A stretch of 64,000 nucleotides of DNA from Isurus oxyrinchus. Taxonomy: Eukaryota. The notes below the pieces were generated by a model that saw only the letters and a program-made list of their open reading frames with translations, searched no databases and was not told where the DNA came from. A program made the position numbers and the translations under genes. Positions 1 through 11,609 of the stretch are shown one piece after another (position 1 is the first letter of the stretch; every line of letters starts with the position of its first letter). Where the stretch lies: the NCBI GenBank assembly GCA_026770705.1, contig JANJGN010000544.1, forward strand, positions 186,001 to 250,000. The letters run 5' to 3'.

Positions 1-1179
1 AAAAAAAACGTCTGTGGCCATATGTGTTGGGATATGAAGGATTCCTTCCCCCATTCCCGGCTACCTCAGTCAATAGAATATAAAACACTTAATTTCAGGG
101 TCATGTGTTGGAGCCCCATGCTGGGGGCTGTTGTCATTTACAATCTTGCTGCTCTAAAACAAAAAAAAAACACAACCTCATTCAGTGGCACCTACAAGGC
201 AGAAATTCACCACTGGCACCAACTGACAGACATCAAATTCAAAACACTTTCATGTCGCGTTTCTTTCTGCTTCTGTCCCTGTCTCGTCTCCAGCTCCGTC
301 TGCCCGTACAGCTCCCAGGTCAATTAGCTGCTTGATGCAGACACAGTCAGTACGTGAGAATGTAAAACACAATACGATAGGTTTGCAGACCACAGAGTAA
401 AAAGACACCAGGATGTCATCTTCCTGATTCTCCCAGATACTGATTACAGGAATGTACACAGTGCCGATTATCCACAGTCACAGTCTCCTTCCAGTCTTGT
501 CCACGTTAATCAGTTTTGAAATTGTTCACATTTTTATACTGGATTTCAATGTGGAGAAAGCAGAGCTGTGAGAAGCTTATATTGTTCAGCAAATGTACTG
601 CAGGAAGGTGCCTAACAGGCTGATGATAACAGTACTCTTTGGACACGGTGAGCTCCAGTGAAGGATCGGCACCATTAATGTGTCGCTCATTTAGTCTCGT
701 GACTAATCTCGTGCTGGAAATGACAGGAAAACTCGGTGAATTTGCTCCGTGTTTTGGTTTCGACGAGCCGAATACAAGGCAAGAAAGCGCATTTCACTAG
801 AATGGGTTATAAAGTGGCAGTGTTGGCGGTGTTGAGAAACAACATTATAGAAAATTACAGCATGGAAAGAGCCCATTGAGTCCTAGCGCGCCGCTTCCAA
901 AGCGAAGTTGATTGATCAGAAGTGATATCTGCGCCGGTGCAAATGGAAGACAGTAACATTCGTCCTTCTCCCACCCATGTTTCGCCTTGCAACCAACCCT
1001 TCTTCCCTGCTGTTTGTTCTCGACTTGTTCGAAGTGTGACATTTCTTGCTGTGAGGCGAAACTTTAACTAGTCCAGTACATAAACAACTGTGACTGAGCC
1101 AATTACAGAAACAACTGAGGCTGTTGCAAATAGTGGGGCTGTTTGCAAATAGTAAGTGACCACACTCACCAAACCTTAA

Positions 1180-1214
1180 TTCCCTGACCGGGACTCGAAC
1201 CCGGGCCGCGGCGG
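1180..1214 (-). pseudogene. Truncated tRNA-Glu (3' half only)
   Basis: Reverse complement CCGCCGCGGCCCGGGTTCGAGTCCCGGTCAGGGAA matches the 3' half (anticodon stem 3' side, T arm, acceptor 3' strand) of vertebrate tRNA-Glu. The 5' half is absent. Confidence 0.85.
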
Positions 1215-1609
1215 GTTTTTCAGTTCAGATCTCTTTCACCACAAAACTGCCTGTTTAGGTTTAACACAAACGAATTCTTCAGCCAATGAAAATAACGGTT
1301 GCTGTGAGCTGGAACATGAAATCGACAGTGAGGTGAAATAGTCCCACAAGCTGCACATGCGTAACTTTCAATTTCCAAACCCTCCACCCTATTCGCTGTG
1401 GGCCAATGGAAGCGCCGATCCCCAGTCATGAGACATCAGGGAAAGTACGAAAAAGGTTCAACATTTGGAGGCTACTTTCGACTTTTTTTTTCATTCCCGA
1501 TCTTTTCACCAGAGAGGACTTCCTCCGACTAATTGGTCTGTTTAGGTTGAACACAAGAGACTTATTTAGCCAATGAGAAGTACCAATGTTGTTAGCTGGA
1601 ACATGAAAT

Positions 1610-1780
1610 CGATACTTTGCTCCTTTAAGACAATTCTTAAAGCCTCCCCCTTTGACCGAGCTTTTAGTTATCTGACCGAATGTGAGGCTCGGTGTCACAC
1701 TTTGTTATATAATGATTACGGGGGACGCCTTGTGACATTTCAACAGATTAAATGCGCTTTATCAATATAAGTTATTATAT
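1610..1780 (+). mobile_element. L2-type LINE 3' end fragment
   Basis: Degenerate L2-like tail (ctcctttaagac...tttgacc.agctttt...gcgcttt...aatataagtt), similar to the reverse complement of 56050-56220. Confidence 0.5.
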
Positions 1781-2230
1781 GCAGAAGCATTATCAAAACT
1801 TGCTCTTTTAAGTGAGAGGAAAGCTGCCTTGTTCCTGTTTGTTGTTGGATATTAACTGAGCGTCTTAGATTCGCTCTTCATCATTTCACAGAATAAACAG
1901 TCGGGAAAGTGAGTGTATCTTTCTGCTGGCAGCGGGTGATTGGAGAGTGCGGGTCCGGAATGTTGCTGCTTTTTTGCTTTTCCCTGTCTCACTCACTGCA
2001 GAGCTAAGGAAGAGGGAATCATTAACGGGTCTATTTTATCCAATAACTTCATAGATTTGTAGGTACCTGGTTGGTCAGTTATTAAAGAATAAAGGAGTGA
2101 CAGTATAAATTGCAGGGTTCCGCGGAAAAGGTCGGGTTGTGACAGAGACAGGGCGGGTAGAAGGTCCTCTTTATCTGCTGTAACCATTCTATGATTTCGT
2201 ATAAATAGCACAGGCGTGCTGCTAAGGTTT

Positions 2231-2312
2231 GTAGTCGTGGCCGAGTGGTTAAGGTGATGGATTTGAAATCCATTGGGGTTACCCCGCGTACGTTCGAAAC
2301 TTGCTGACTACG
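2231..2312 (+). tRNA. tRNA-Ser(TGA), probably degenerate
   Basis: 82 nt GTAGTCGTGGCCGAGTGGTTAAGG...TTGAAATCCATTGGGGTT.CCCCGCG...TTCGA...GACTACG followed by TTTT. It has a long variable arm. Several substitutions versus the vertebrate consensus, including a C-T mismatch in the T stem. Confidence 0.85.
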
Positions 2313-2379
2313 TTTTCCATTATTTCTGATTTTAACCATTGATCTCTAACAGTAAATCGAATCGACATTTGCACAACAG

Positions 2380-2413
2380 CTGCAGTAGCAAAGTTGGACC
2401 AGTGGGTGATTGC
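2380..2413 (+). promoter_or_regulatory. Decayed CTCF-like site in repeat terminus
   Basis: CTGCAGTAGC-aaagtt-GGACCAGTGGGTGATTG: good upstream module, degenerate core. Homologous to 18163 and 22602. Confidence 0.35.
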
Positions 2414-4529
2414 TTCCATCACATGAAGCAGGCGCTGTCTCAATTATTACTGCATTTGGCACTGTCTCTGTTCATATTAAATTAGACGCTGTTTCTGTTT
2501 CTATTACACTAGGACATGTCTCTAATCATATTAGAGAAGGTCATCTCTCAGTTGTTTCTGTAATTGGCTCAGTCACAGTTGTTTATGTACTGGACTAGGG
2601 CCACAATACAGTTGGCACTATCTCAGTCATGACTGCACTGAAGCAGATCTCGGCTGAAGTTACAATAAGCCACGCCCCAGTTGGCACTGCATTAGAGCTT
2701 GTCTCTGGTTATAGAAAACTAGAACATGTTTTTATTTGCATTTCACAAGACTCTGTCCCAGCTATTACTCCAGTAGAGCCTGCCACGTGTCTATCAAACT
2801 GGACCCTATCTCAGTTAATGCTGCACCAATACATGCCTCCATTCATATCACACAATTCCCTGTTTCTGCTGTTATTGTCCTTTATAATTACTTTGTTATT
2901 GCTGTACTTGTCCATATCTCTGTTTTTATTAATCTCGTACCTTTGCACGTATTTAATTTACCAGACACTGCGTCAGATTATGTTAAAAAGAACACTGAAT
3001 TATGTGAAACTCCATTAGACCATGTATCAGTTTTCTTAAACTGGATCCGGTCTGTGTTATTGCTACACTAGGCAGGTTCGTATTACACAAGATCCTGTCT
3101 CAATTATTACTGTACTCTGCACTGCCTCACTTATGTTTCACTAGGTCGCGGTCCTGCTTATAACACACTCAATCATGTCTGCACTTAAATTCCTCTAGAC
3201 CATATTTCAGAACAACTTACACTAGACTCTGTATCAGCCTGTATCACACTCGAACTTGTCAGCCTTTTTAACTAAAATGGATCCTGTCTCTGCAGAGACT
3301 TTGTCTTTGTACCTCAGTCTCTGCTTCTATTCCACTCTCCCTTTCCGTGTTTTTACTCCAGGAGATCATATCTGCCTCTCTTACACTGGCGGCACTCTCC
3401 GTTATTATGACTTAGACTCTATCTAGGAAGCAATTACTCTATGCCCTGTGCCTGTAATAACTGCCCTATTTCACTTGATGTTGATCCAGGCCCTGTATCA
3501 GTAACTACTGCATTAGCCCCGTCTCCACTATTACAGCAGTAAACCCTGTCTATGTTAATATAGCACTCGTCCCCGTCCCTGTTCATTGTGCACTAGGTCA
3601 CGTCTTTGCTTAAGTAACATTAAATGGTCTCTATTATTACTGCACTAGTAATGTCTCTGCTTAAATTGCACTAGGCCCTGTCTCAGTAATTACCACACCA
3701 GGCTCTGTCTCTGTTGTTACTACACTATTCTATGTTTCTATAAGGTGAACGTTGAGTTCGAAATGGGCCTCTGACTTTGGCCTAAAACTACAGATCTCCA
3801 ATTGATGGTTTGTTCCATGCAGCCCCTGATATTCAGTTTCATTACAGCCAACAGTATTACATATGAGACATCGCCTGTTCTGTGTGTCGGTGTGAAAAGA
3901 AATCATGCTGCATCATTCTGCAAATTTAAAAGATTTATCTTCACCAGAATGTTTCATTTTATTTTATTTTCTCTTTTTCAAACGGTAGCTACAGATCGTC
4001 TAATAATGTAAATATTCATTGATAGTTTTTTCCTGTTGTGTGCTCTTGTTTAGAAATTCATGTCCTACCAACCATTTCTTTGCTAAGACGGGGACATTTG
4101 TCACCACATTCACTTAATGTCTGTCATCTGTCTACCTGAGACAGCATCTTACTCACGGAAAAGTAGAGCTCTCTCTCTCTTTTTCTTTTTCTCTCTCTCT
4201 CTCCTTCTCTCTGTCTCCCTCGCTGTCTCTGAGAAATTGACCATTTATTTAAATCTCTGCTTTTCTAATAATGCTTTTTTGAAAAAATAAACTTAATAAA
4301 GAATAATTCCCCGACATTAACCTCAATGATAAACCACAGCCCATCTCCACCTTCAGCGAATGTGTTAAATCCCAAAGAGTTCCGACATTTTAATTGCAGA
4401 TAGTTTAATACTGCAACTATTTATTGATAACTATTCGGTTGTTTTCCATTGTTTACAAAGTGATGTCAGACTGACCATCTCGTTTCCAAGAATCGGCTTT
4501 TCTGTTCCCAAAGATCATTTGGAAAATTA

Positions 4530-5520
4530 TTATTTATTATTTCACGGGACGTGGGCGTGGTTGGCTAGTCCAACATTTTTATGCCCATCCCTAATTGCCC
4601 TTGAGAAGGTGGTGGTGAGATGCCTTCTTGGACCGCTGCAGCCCATGTGGTGCAGGTACACACACAGTGCTGTTTGGGCGGGAGTTCCAGGATTTTGACC
4701 CAGCGATAGTGAGGGAGGGGCGATACATTTTCAAGTCAGGATGGTGAATGACTTGGAAGGGAACTCCAAGGTGGTCGTGTTCCCATCTTTCAGCTGCCCT
4801 TACCCTTGTAAATGGTAGTGGTCGTGGGTTTGGAAAGTGCTGTCGAAGAAGCCTTGATGAGTTCCTGCAGTGCATCTTGTAGATGGCACACACTGATGCT
4901 ACTGTGTTCGGTGGTGGAGGGAGTAAATGTTCAAGGTGGTACGTGAGATGTCAAAAAGTGAGCTACGTTGTGTTGGATGGTGTCGACCTTCTAGTGTGTT
5001 GGAGCCGCGCTCACCCAAACAAATGGAGAGTCCATCACCCTCCTGACTTGAGCCTTGTAGGTGCCGGGCGAGTTTGGGTGTTCAAGAGGTGAATTACTCT
5101 CCTCAGCATTCTCAGCCTCTGATCTGCTCTTGTCACCACAGTATTTACATTGCTGGTACAGTTCAGTTTCTGCTCAATGGTAACGCCCACAACCTTGATA
5201 GTCGGGGATTCAGTAATACTAATTCCTTTAAATGTGTAGGGGAAATAGTTGGATTCTCTCTTGTTGGAAGTGGTCACTACTGGGTGTTTGTGTGGCACAA
5301 ATGCTGCTTGATACTTATCAGCCCAACTTCTATGTTGCCCAGGTCTTGCTGCATTTGGACATGGTGTGTTTCAGTATTATGATGAGTCATGAATGGTGCT
5401 GAACATTGTGTGATCATCAGCGACCATCCCCACTCCTGACCTTATGATGTGGCAGGGGAGGAGATTAATGAGGCAGATGAAGATGCTTGGGCCTAGGACA
5501 CTGCCCTGAGGAACTCAGGG
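4530..5520 (-). mobile_element. CR1/L2-group non-LTR retrotransposon (family B), RT C-terminus and 3' UTR
   Basis: Minus-strand peptides such as CAIYKMHCRNSSRLLRQH and GVTIEQKLNCTSNVNTV, a GVPQGSVLG-type motif near 5500, and the tail caccaccttctcaagggcaattagggatggg. Confidence 0.85.
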
Positions 5521-6689
5521 ATTAGAATCACTTCGAGAATGACGAGCAGCTTATTAGAAAATGTTCACCTCAGCAACTCACTGAAGCTCCTGATATTTAC
5601 ATCAAATGTGTGATGATTAATACAAGCGACGGAAAAAATGATCCTGTACGTTTACCTGACATGATAGTCACGCACCTGAAGTTATCTGATTTATTATTCC
5701 AATTGTTGGAAGGATTGAAACTCTCGTTGTTCTCTTTCTACGGTTTTTAACTGTGAGCTTTACAAATTCCACCCCGATCGGTCTAACCGTTTGTGGACTA
5801 ATTTGTCTGTCTCTTTAATTTGTATAATCTATGGAAACTTACCTGAAATGACTCAGGGCCTGGCGTAGCATAAAGAGATAAATGACCTGGCGCAATATAA
5901 AAGGAGATATGGGCTAGTGCAGCAATAACAGAGCTGGGCTCTACTGTAACAGAAACTGAGGTATCAGCTAGTACAGTCATAATAGAGACATTACCTGTTC
6001 AGTATTAACAGAGACATGATCTCGTGTAATATAAATAGAAATATGGGCTACTGAATTAACAATAGAGACAGGATTTCTGTAACATAGATAGAAATATGGA
6101 CCAGTACAGTCATAAGAGTAACCGTGGCTGGTACGTTATAAACATAGATATGGGCTACTTCAGTAACTGGAGATGCAGAACCTGCTGTAACATAAAGAGA
6201 GATATGAGTTTGTGCAGCGAGGACGCTAACTGTCCCTGGATTTAATATACAAATGAAACATGGGCTAGTTTGGGAAGAAGAGGGACTGGTCCTGATGATA
6301 CATTCGAAGATGCAAGTCTTTGTATCAGCAAAATGGAAAATAAATGCTTTGTATTATAAAACATGAAGAGGTCTCATTGAAGCAACTAACAGCAGCAGCG
6401 TCAACTTCAGCAATAAAAGATAAAAATTCCTATTGAAAACTGACAGGCGTAAGGTTTCCACTAATAATAATGATAGAAGTTTCCATTAGAAATTAAATGA
6501 TAGGTGGCCCCTTAATGCAACCATTGCAACGATTACACCTCAAGAAACAGGATGCCAGTGTCTATTGGCTCATGATACCACCTGGAAGATACTGGGTGAC
6601 ATTTTCCTCAGTGGAGCCACCCAGGTCGTCAAGATGGGAATTCTAATCTGAAATGTGGTTTTTCCGGCGTTAGAGCAAGATGGCATATT

Positions 6690-7012
6690 GGTGTGTGCGT
6701 GCGTGTGCGTGTGTGTGGTTATGTGTATGTGCATGTGTCTGGGTGTTTGTCTTTGTGCGTGCGTGCATTTATGTATGTGTGCGTCTGTGTATGTCTGTGT
6801 CTGTGTTTTGACTGTATGTGTCTGTGTGTGCATGTATGTCTGCCTGTGTGTATCAGTTTGTGTCTGTGAATGTATTTATGCATGTGAATATGTCTGAATG
6901 TGTATGTGCGTCTGTGTGCGCTTGTGTGTGTGTTTATGTCGGCGTCTGTGTTTGTGTTTGCGTGTGCATGTGTGTGTGTATATGTGTGTGTATATGTATG
7001 TGTGGGTGTGTT
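6690..7012. repeat. Imperfect (TG)n microsatellite
   Basis: Directly visible. It generates spurious Cys/Val-rich ORFs. Confidence 0.95.
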
Positions 7013-7399
7013 TGAAACACGTCATATTTTTGCAAATGAATTTCACAATGATCTTCGTCATCTTTCCATTCATGAAAGATGATGGACACACAGCAAACAA
7101 ATCTATTTCAGCTGGGTTGTCTCTATAAGCTGCACAGTTTCTGATGGCTGAGGAGGTCAATCCTTGAGGGGCAGTTTCCATCACAAGTGCCTCAAATGAA
7201 GCTAAACGCGATGTTATGGGCTGTTGTTTCTTGTCTTGGCGTCTGTTGCCAAGCCACTGTAGCAAATGGGCATCATGATGATGCCCAACAGCTCACAGAA
7301 AGTGCTGACATCTTCCTCTGTAGTCATTGAGTGAAATTCATGTCTGACAATCGCTAATTAGGGCCTTCATGTCACGAATGTAATTGTTCTACAAGCAGA

Positions 7400-7710
7400 G
7401 CTTTGGGCGTCTCACTGTCCGCCTGGTCCTTAGCTATGTGACCACCTTCCATCCTGTAAACGGGCCCGAGCCATCCAACCTCCCTCTGTTTGCTGAGCCT
7501 AACAGACTTGGGAGCTCTGTCTTTGAGAGGGCTGCCGCTTCCTGATTGTGTCCCGCCAGGAAATACCCAATAACCACCGCACACAGTGCAGATGGAAGTT
7601 GCGGGGATTTTTTTTCTTGATAACTGGATGTCGTCCATGTTTCACAGCCAGACAACAAGGTACTGAGGACACAGGCCTAATACACCATCTGCTTGGTGTC
7701 AAAGATCAGC
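7400..7710 (-). mobile_element. RTE-clade LINE fragment (post-RT region)
   Basis: Minus-strand LLSGCETWTT and NFHLHCVRWLLGISWRDTI, typical of RTE/BovB ORF C-terminal motifs (YGCETW, FH.RCLR.ILGISW.D). Confidence 0.75.
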
Positions 7711-8132
7711 ATGATGTTAATTCATATACGTTTCATGAGTCAGGTGATATCTGTTTCCCTGTGTGTGTATCAGGAACTGCATCAAGGAGCAGACTCTCTG
7801 TCACCGAGGAAGCTGGGGAGCAGGATTTACCAGCCATATCAGCCGGGTATTACCTTGTGTGATCAGTGGTGGAAGTGCAACACTTTAAACATGATTTTCT
7901 TGAGGTTTTTAGTCAAATAGAACAAGTTAAAACCATGCGAGAGACGGTAAATGAGTCGCTGTTGATCTTCCTGTACAATAAATCTGTGTAACAGAATTTA
8001 ATAAACCAGCACGGGTGTCGGGGGTTCGCTTACGCTCTGTCATTGCAATGCTACCTGCTGAAAACCGTTCCATCAATTCAAGAATCGCGGATCCAAATGT
8101 GGCTCCACATGTAGTAGCTCCAGTAAAATTTC

Positions 8133-8227
8133 TGCTCTAGGTGAGGTTCGAACTCACAACCTCGGCATAGCCCGCTGATCGCACTGCTCTATAAGTACCG
8201 CGTGCTCACCGATTGCGCCACTGGAGC
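8133..8227 (-). tRNA. Intron-containing tRNA-Ile(TAT), probably degenerate
   Basis: GCTCCAGTGGCGCAATCGGTGAGCACGCGGTACTTATA-[21-nt intron, 8169-8189]-ATGCCGAGGTTGTGAGTTCGAACCTCACCTAGAGCA, with a TTTT terminator just downstream. C-A mismatches in the acceptor and D stems. Confidence 0.9.
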
Positions 8228-8379
8228 GCCCGCTAATAGTTGCATTTGATCTGGTTACATTTTTCACAGATCACTGGGGTCAGACATGATTCCTTGGTGG
8301 CAGATTGGTCAATGGGGCTCAGTAAATTTTTATGATACTATATGAACAGTAATATATTTTTAATAAAATAAAATGCTGA

Positions 8380-8625
8380 GAATGGGTCAGGGAAACCTTG
8401 TTAGTTTTCACACACTGAGCATGGGCACTGCTGAAGGTCCTGCGCCTTTTTCAATATTATCTTCCTTAACTCCGAGTTTTCAAAAGGGAATTGGACAAAA
8501 ATTTGAAATGGAAAAGCTGTCGGGTTATGAAGAAAGAGAAAGGTATTGGGACTAATTGGGCAGCTCTCTCAAAAAAGCTGGCGAGGGCACGATTGGTCCT
8601 AATGAGCTGTGAACTTTTACGATTC
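8380..8625 (+). mobile_element. CR1 LINE 3' end, old
   Basis: ttcaaaagggaattggac...gggttatg...gctctctcaaa..agctggc tail, shared with other CR1 ends in the window. Confidence 0.55.
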
Positions 8626-10429
8626 CAGTGCGAGATCAATGTGTTCCTAAATATCTCAGCCCAATCCTATTTCTGCAAAGGATAACCCAGAACTGCAACA
8701 TGAGGACACAGTTTGAAATTCTATACATGCCCCTCTGGCTAACTCTCTGTAGTGTCCTGGTTGTCATATTCGCCCAACAGGCGCACAAACCCCCGATCAA
8801 AATGGGGCAGAAACATTACCAAACGCGTTTAATCTCCGAGCCGCCAGAAATCAGTAATTCGTGTTTGTTGTTGAATATTAACTGAATACAGCATCTTACA
8901 CTGTGAAAAAGAACAGACTTATGGGACCCTGCAGGGTAAGAGCACTGATCAGAAATGAATAGTTTTGATTCCGGAGTTCTGATTATTTCTGAGATAAAAT
9001 GACACCTGTAATTTGAGCCTTTCAATTCATTTCTCAGGGGATGAAATTAGCACAAGTGTCACAGGATGGACAGGAGCAGCCAGAGAGCGAAAGGTTGAAA
9101 GGGTGTTAATTATCTAATGATTAAAAAGGAAACTTCAAAATTGATAATAGATTGATCATTTTAAACTGTTGTCAGCTCTAACAGTTACCGTAACACTAAG
9201 ACCATGGACTGACATTGATTACTGAGCTGATAATCTAGTTTAACATTAAAGCTGCCCTTGTAAGTGATACTCCGATGTAACAATAACCTTGCAATTGATA
9301 ACCATTGCATATTGGTGTCCATGGAAATGGGGCCCTGTTCTAACAATGACTTTGCCATTTGATGAACCGGTTCAAGTGATGTCACCGTCAAAATGTTACC
9401 ATGTGATTGAAATGTGGTGTTTTACTGCTCTGTACCCGACACTCCAGTCCAACCTTGTAACAGAGATCACGATCTACTGTTGACACTGTACCTGACAGTC
9501 AGATCCAGCAGCTACCTTTAACTTTAACTTGAGGCTAAGGATAAATTTCTACCTGATATGCCGATCTAATGTTGAACATGTAGCTGACACTTCGGTCTAA
9601 CTGTAACCTTGTGTTATATGTGCTTAATGCCATAGTTCATATGTTTTAGAACAGTAGGTTTATTTGCAGTAATGGACGGAGAATTCCACAGATTAATGAC
9701 CTTTTGGGAGAGGATCAATTTATGCCCTGAAGATGTTCTAGGAATCACTGTCGGCTCCCAATGTGATCGGACAGACCACAGGATAAATGTTCGACATTTC
9801 CTTCTAGCATTCTGTGGGAAACAGCCGAGATCATTCTCCTGCATCGGAAACTACAGTCAAAGGGGCTTCAGTTGTACGAGTTTGTTCAATGGCCGTAATT
9901 AATATGAATGGGTGACTCAACCTCACTTGTTTGTTCAAAGTTAGACAAGCACATTCTAGGCTCCCTAATTGTGCCTCTGGGGGGTTAAATCTCAGGAATA
10001 ATAATTCCTACTTCAATAGTCGAACAGAGCGTGGGTGCTTCTCACCGCTGCTCCTCTCAGAAGATGCACTTTCCACCAAGAGGCCCGCTCTGTGCCATAT
10101 ACTACACCGCCCTCTCTGCTGTCACAGTCCCAGGCAAAACGTGTCTCAGTTTTCTCCACTTCTCAGTTTCTGTTCCTCTTTCACAGGAGTTTGGCATCGC
10201 TGGTGAGGCCACCCATGTATTGGCCATTCCTAATGAAGGTGATGGTGGGCAGTCTCCTTGAACCGCCGCTGTCCACGTGGATTGTGAGAAGCTGGGGAAC
10301 TTTCCAAACACTCTGCCTCACTCATACCGAACTGTTTCTGGTCAATTCTGCACAGCCAGTGATTATAGATTTTTCATTATCATTATTACTGTTAGCGTTA
10401 CTCGATCATAGGATTGGAGTGGAGCCGGC

Positions 10430-10700
10430 GGGGCCGGCATATATCACCCCTCCCTAATTGCCCTTGAGGACTGTGTGTTTTGCTGGGCCATTTCAGGGGG
10501 CAGTTAAAAAAGACAACTACATTAGCGGTGGGTCTGGAGTCACATGTTGGGCAGACCGGTTTTGGGGGACGGCAGATTTCCTTCCCTAAAGGGACATTAA
10601 TGAACCTGATGGGTTTTTATAACAATGAACGATAGTTTCATGGTCACCAGGACTGAGGCCAGCTTCATATTTCTGGCTTTTTAATTGAATTTAAATTGGA
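10430..10700 (-). mobile_element. tRNA-derived SINE (tail shared with family B)
   Basis: Reverse complement of the element at 13305-13685 (gggtctggagtcacatg, ggcagatttccttccctaaaggacatt). Confidence 0.75.
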
Positions 10701-10744
10701 GCGAGGATGTTTAGGGTAAATTGCCAGAGAATGCTTCCCTTATC

Positions 10745-11020
10745 TTCATTCTTTCTGGGGACTGGGTGTCGCTGGCAGAGCCAGCATTTGCCGCCCATCC
10801 TTAAATACCCTGCAACTGAATGTCTTTCTTGGCTATTTCAGAGGGCAGTTAAGAGTCAAACACATTGCTGTGGGTCTGGAGTCACGTGTAAGCCAGACCG
10901 GGTAAGGACGGCAGATTTCCTTCCCGAAAGGGACATTAGTGAACCTGATGGTTCTTTTCAAGTTGTGGTTAGTTATAATTGTTCTGGCCACCATTATGGA
11001 GACTAGCTTTATAATTCCAG
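10745..11020 (-). mobile_element. tRNA-derived SINE (second copy)
   Basis: Same diagnostic blocks as 10430-10700. Confidence 0.75.
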
Positions 11021-11609
11021 GCTCCTGTAATCAATTCCAAATATACCATGAGGACACTATCTCCCCATCACCCCCCATCCCCCCCCAGCATGCTAAACGT
11101 TAGGTACAATTAATTAGCGATATCTGACATTCAATGTCGCTCAGCCTTGTTGACTTTGACTCTAAGTCAGGGTCACTCCAACTCTTACATTAGGGTCTCG
11201 CCGATCACCAACATTGAACACGATGGCCCCTCACCAGGGAAAATGATCGTTCCTGACTTCAGAGAGAGGCACGAGTGTTAGGCCAAGTTAGTACAGCAGA
11301 AAATCAGTTCATTTTTAATCTTCGACTCACCCTCCTCTTCCGACCTGGAGTCAGTCCTTTATGTCCCATCTGAAGGCCATTCAGCTCACTGTCAATGCGA
11401 GCTCCCACAGGGCAGTCCTATTCATTCCCATGCAGCTGATATAGTCCAGAAAGCGGCCTTGCCTCAACGGTCCAGTTTCATTCAGAAATCATTCATTTCC
11501 ACTTGGATCACCCTGGGGAGCAGCGAGCTCCAGGTCATTACCACTTGATGTGCCAAAACACTCATGTCCCTACCTCACCACTCCGCTGCTATTCCTCACC
11601 CAAGAGGCA

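Larger units (their letters stand above)
2345..6440. repeat. Composite inverted (Foldback-like) repeat, copy 1: terminus + 27-bp array + core + inverted array + decayed terminus, interrupted by a LINE
   Basis: ctgtctc-type array at 2430-3740, core at 3750-4500 and 5520-5830, gagacag-type array at 5850-6300. Collinear with 22570-25750 by eye. Confidence 0.6.

Noticed and set aside
22-459. ORFs at the window start as Ig transmembrane or leader exons
   Set aside because: No CART or KVK-type motif and no convincing splice signals; no recognisable family.
2410-3071. Hydrophobic ORFs, also at 23405-24008 and 45752-45934
   Set aside because: Translations of decayed 27-bp arrays.
6570-7265. Cys/Val-rich and His/Thr-rich ORFs
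   Set aside because: Translations of the (TG)n microsatellite.
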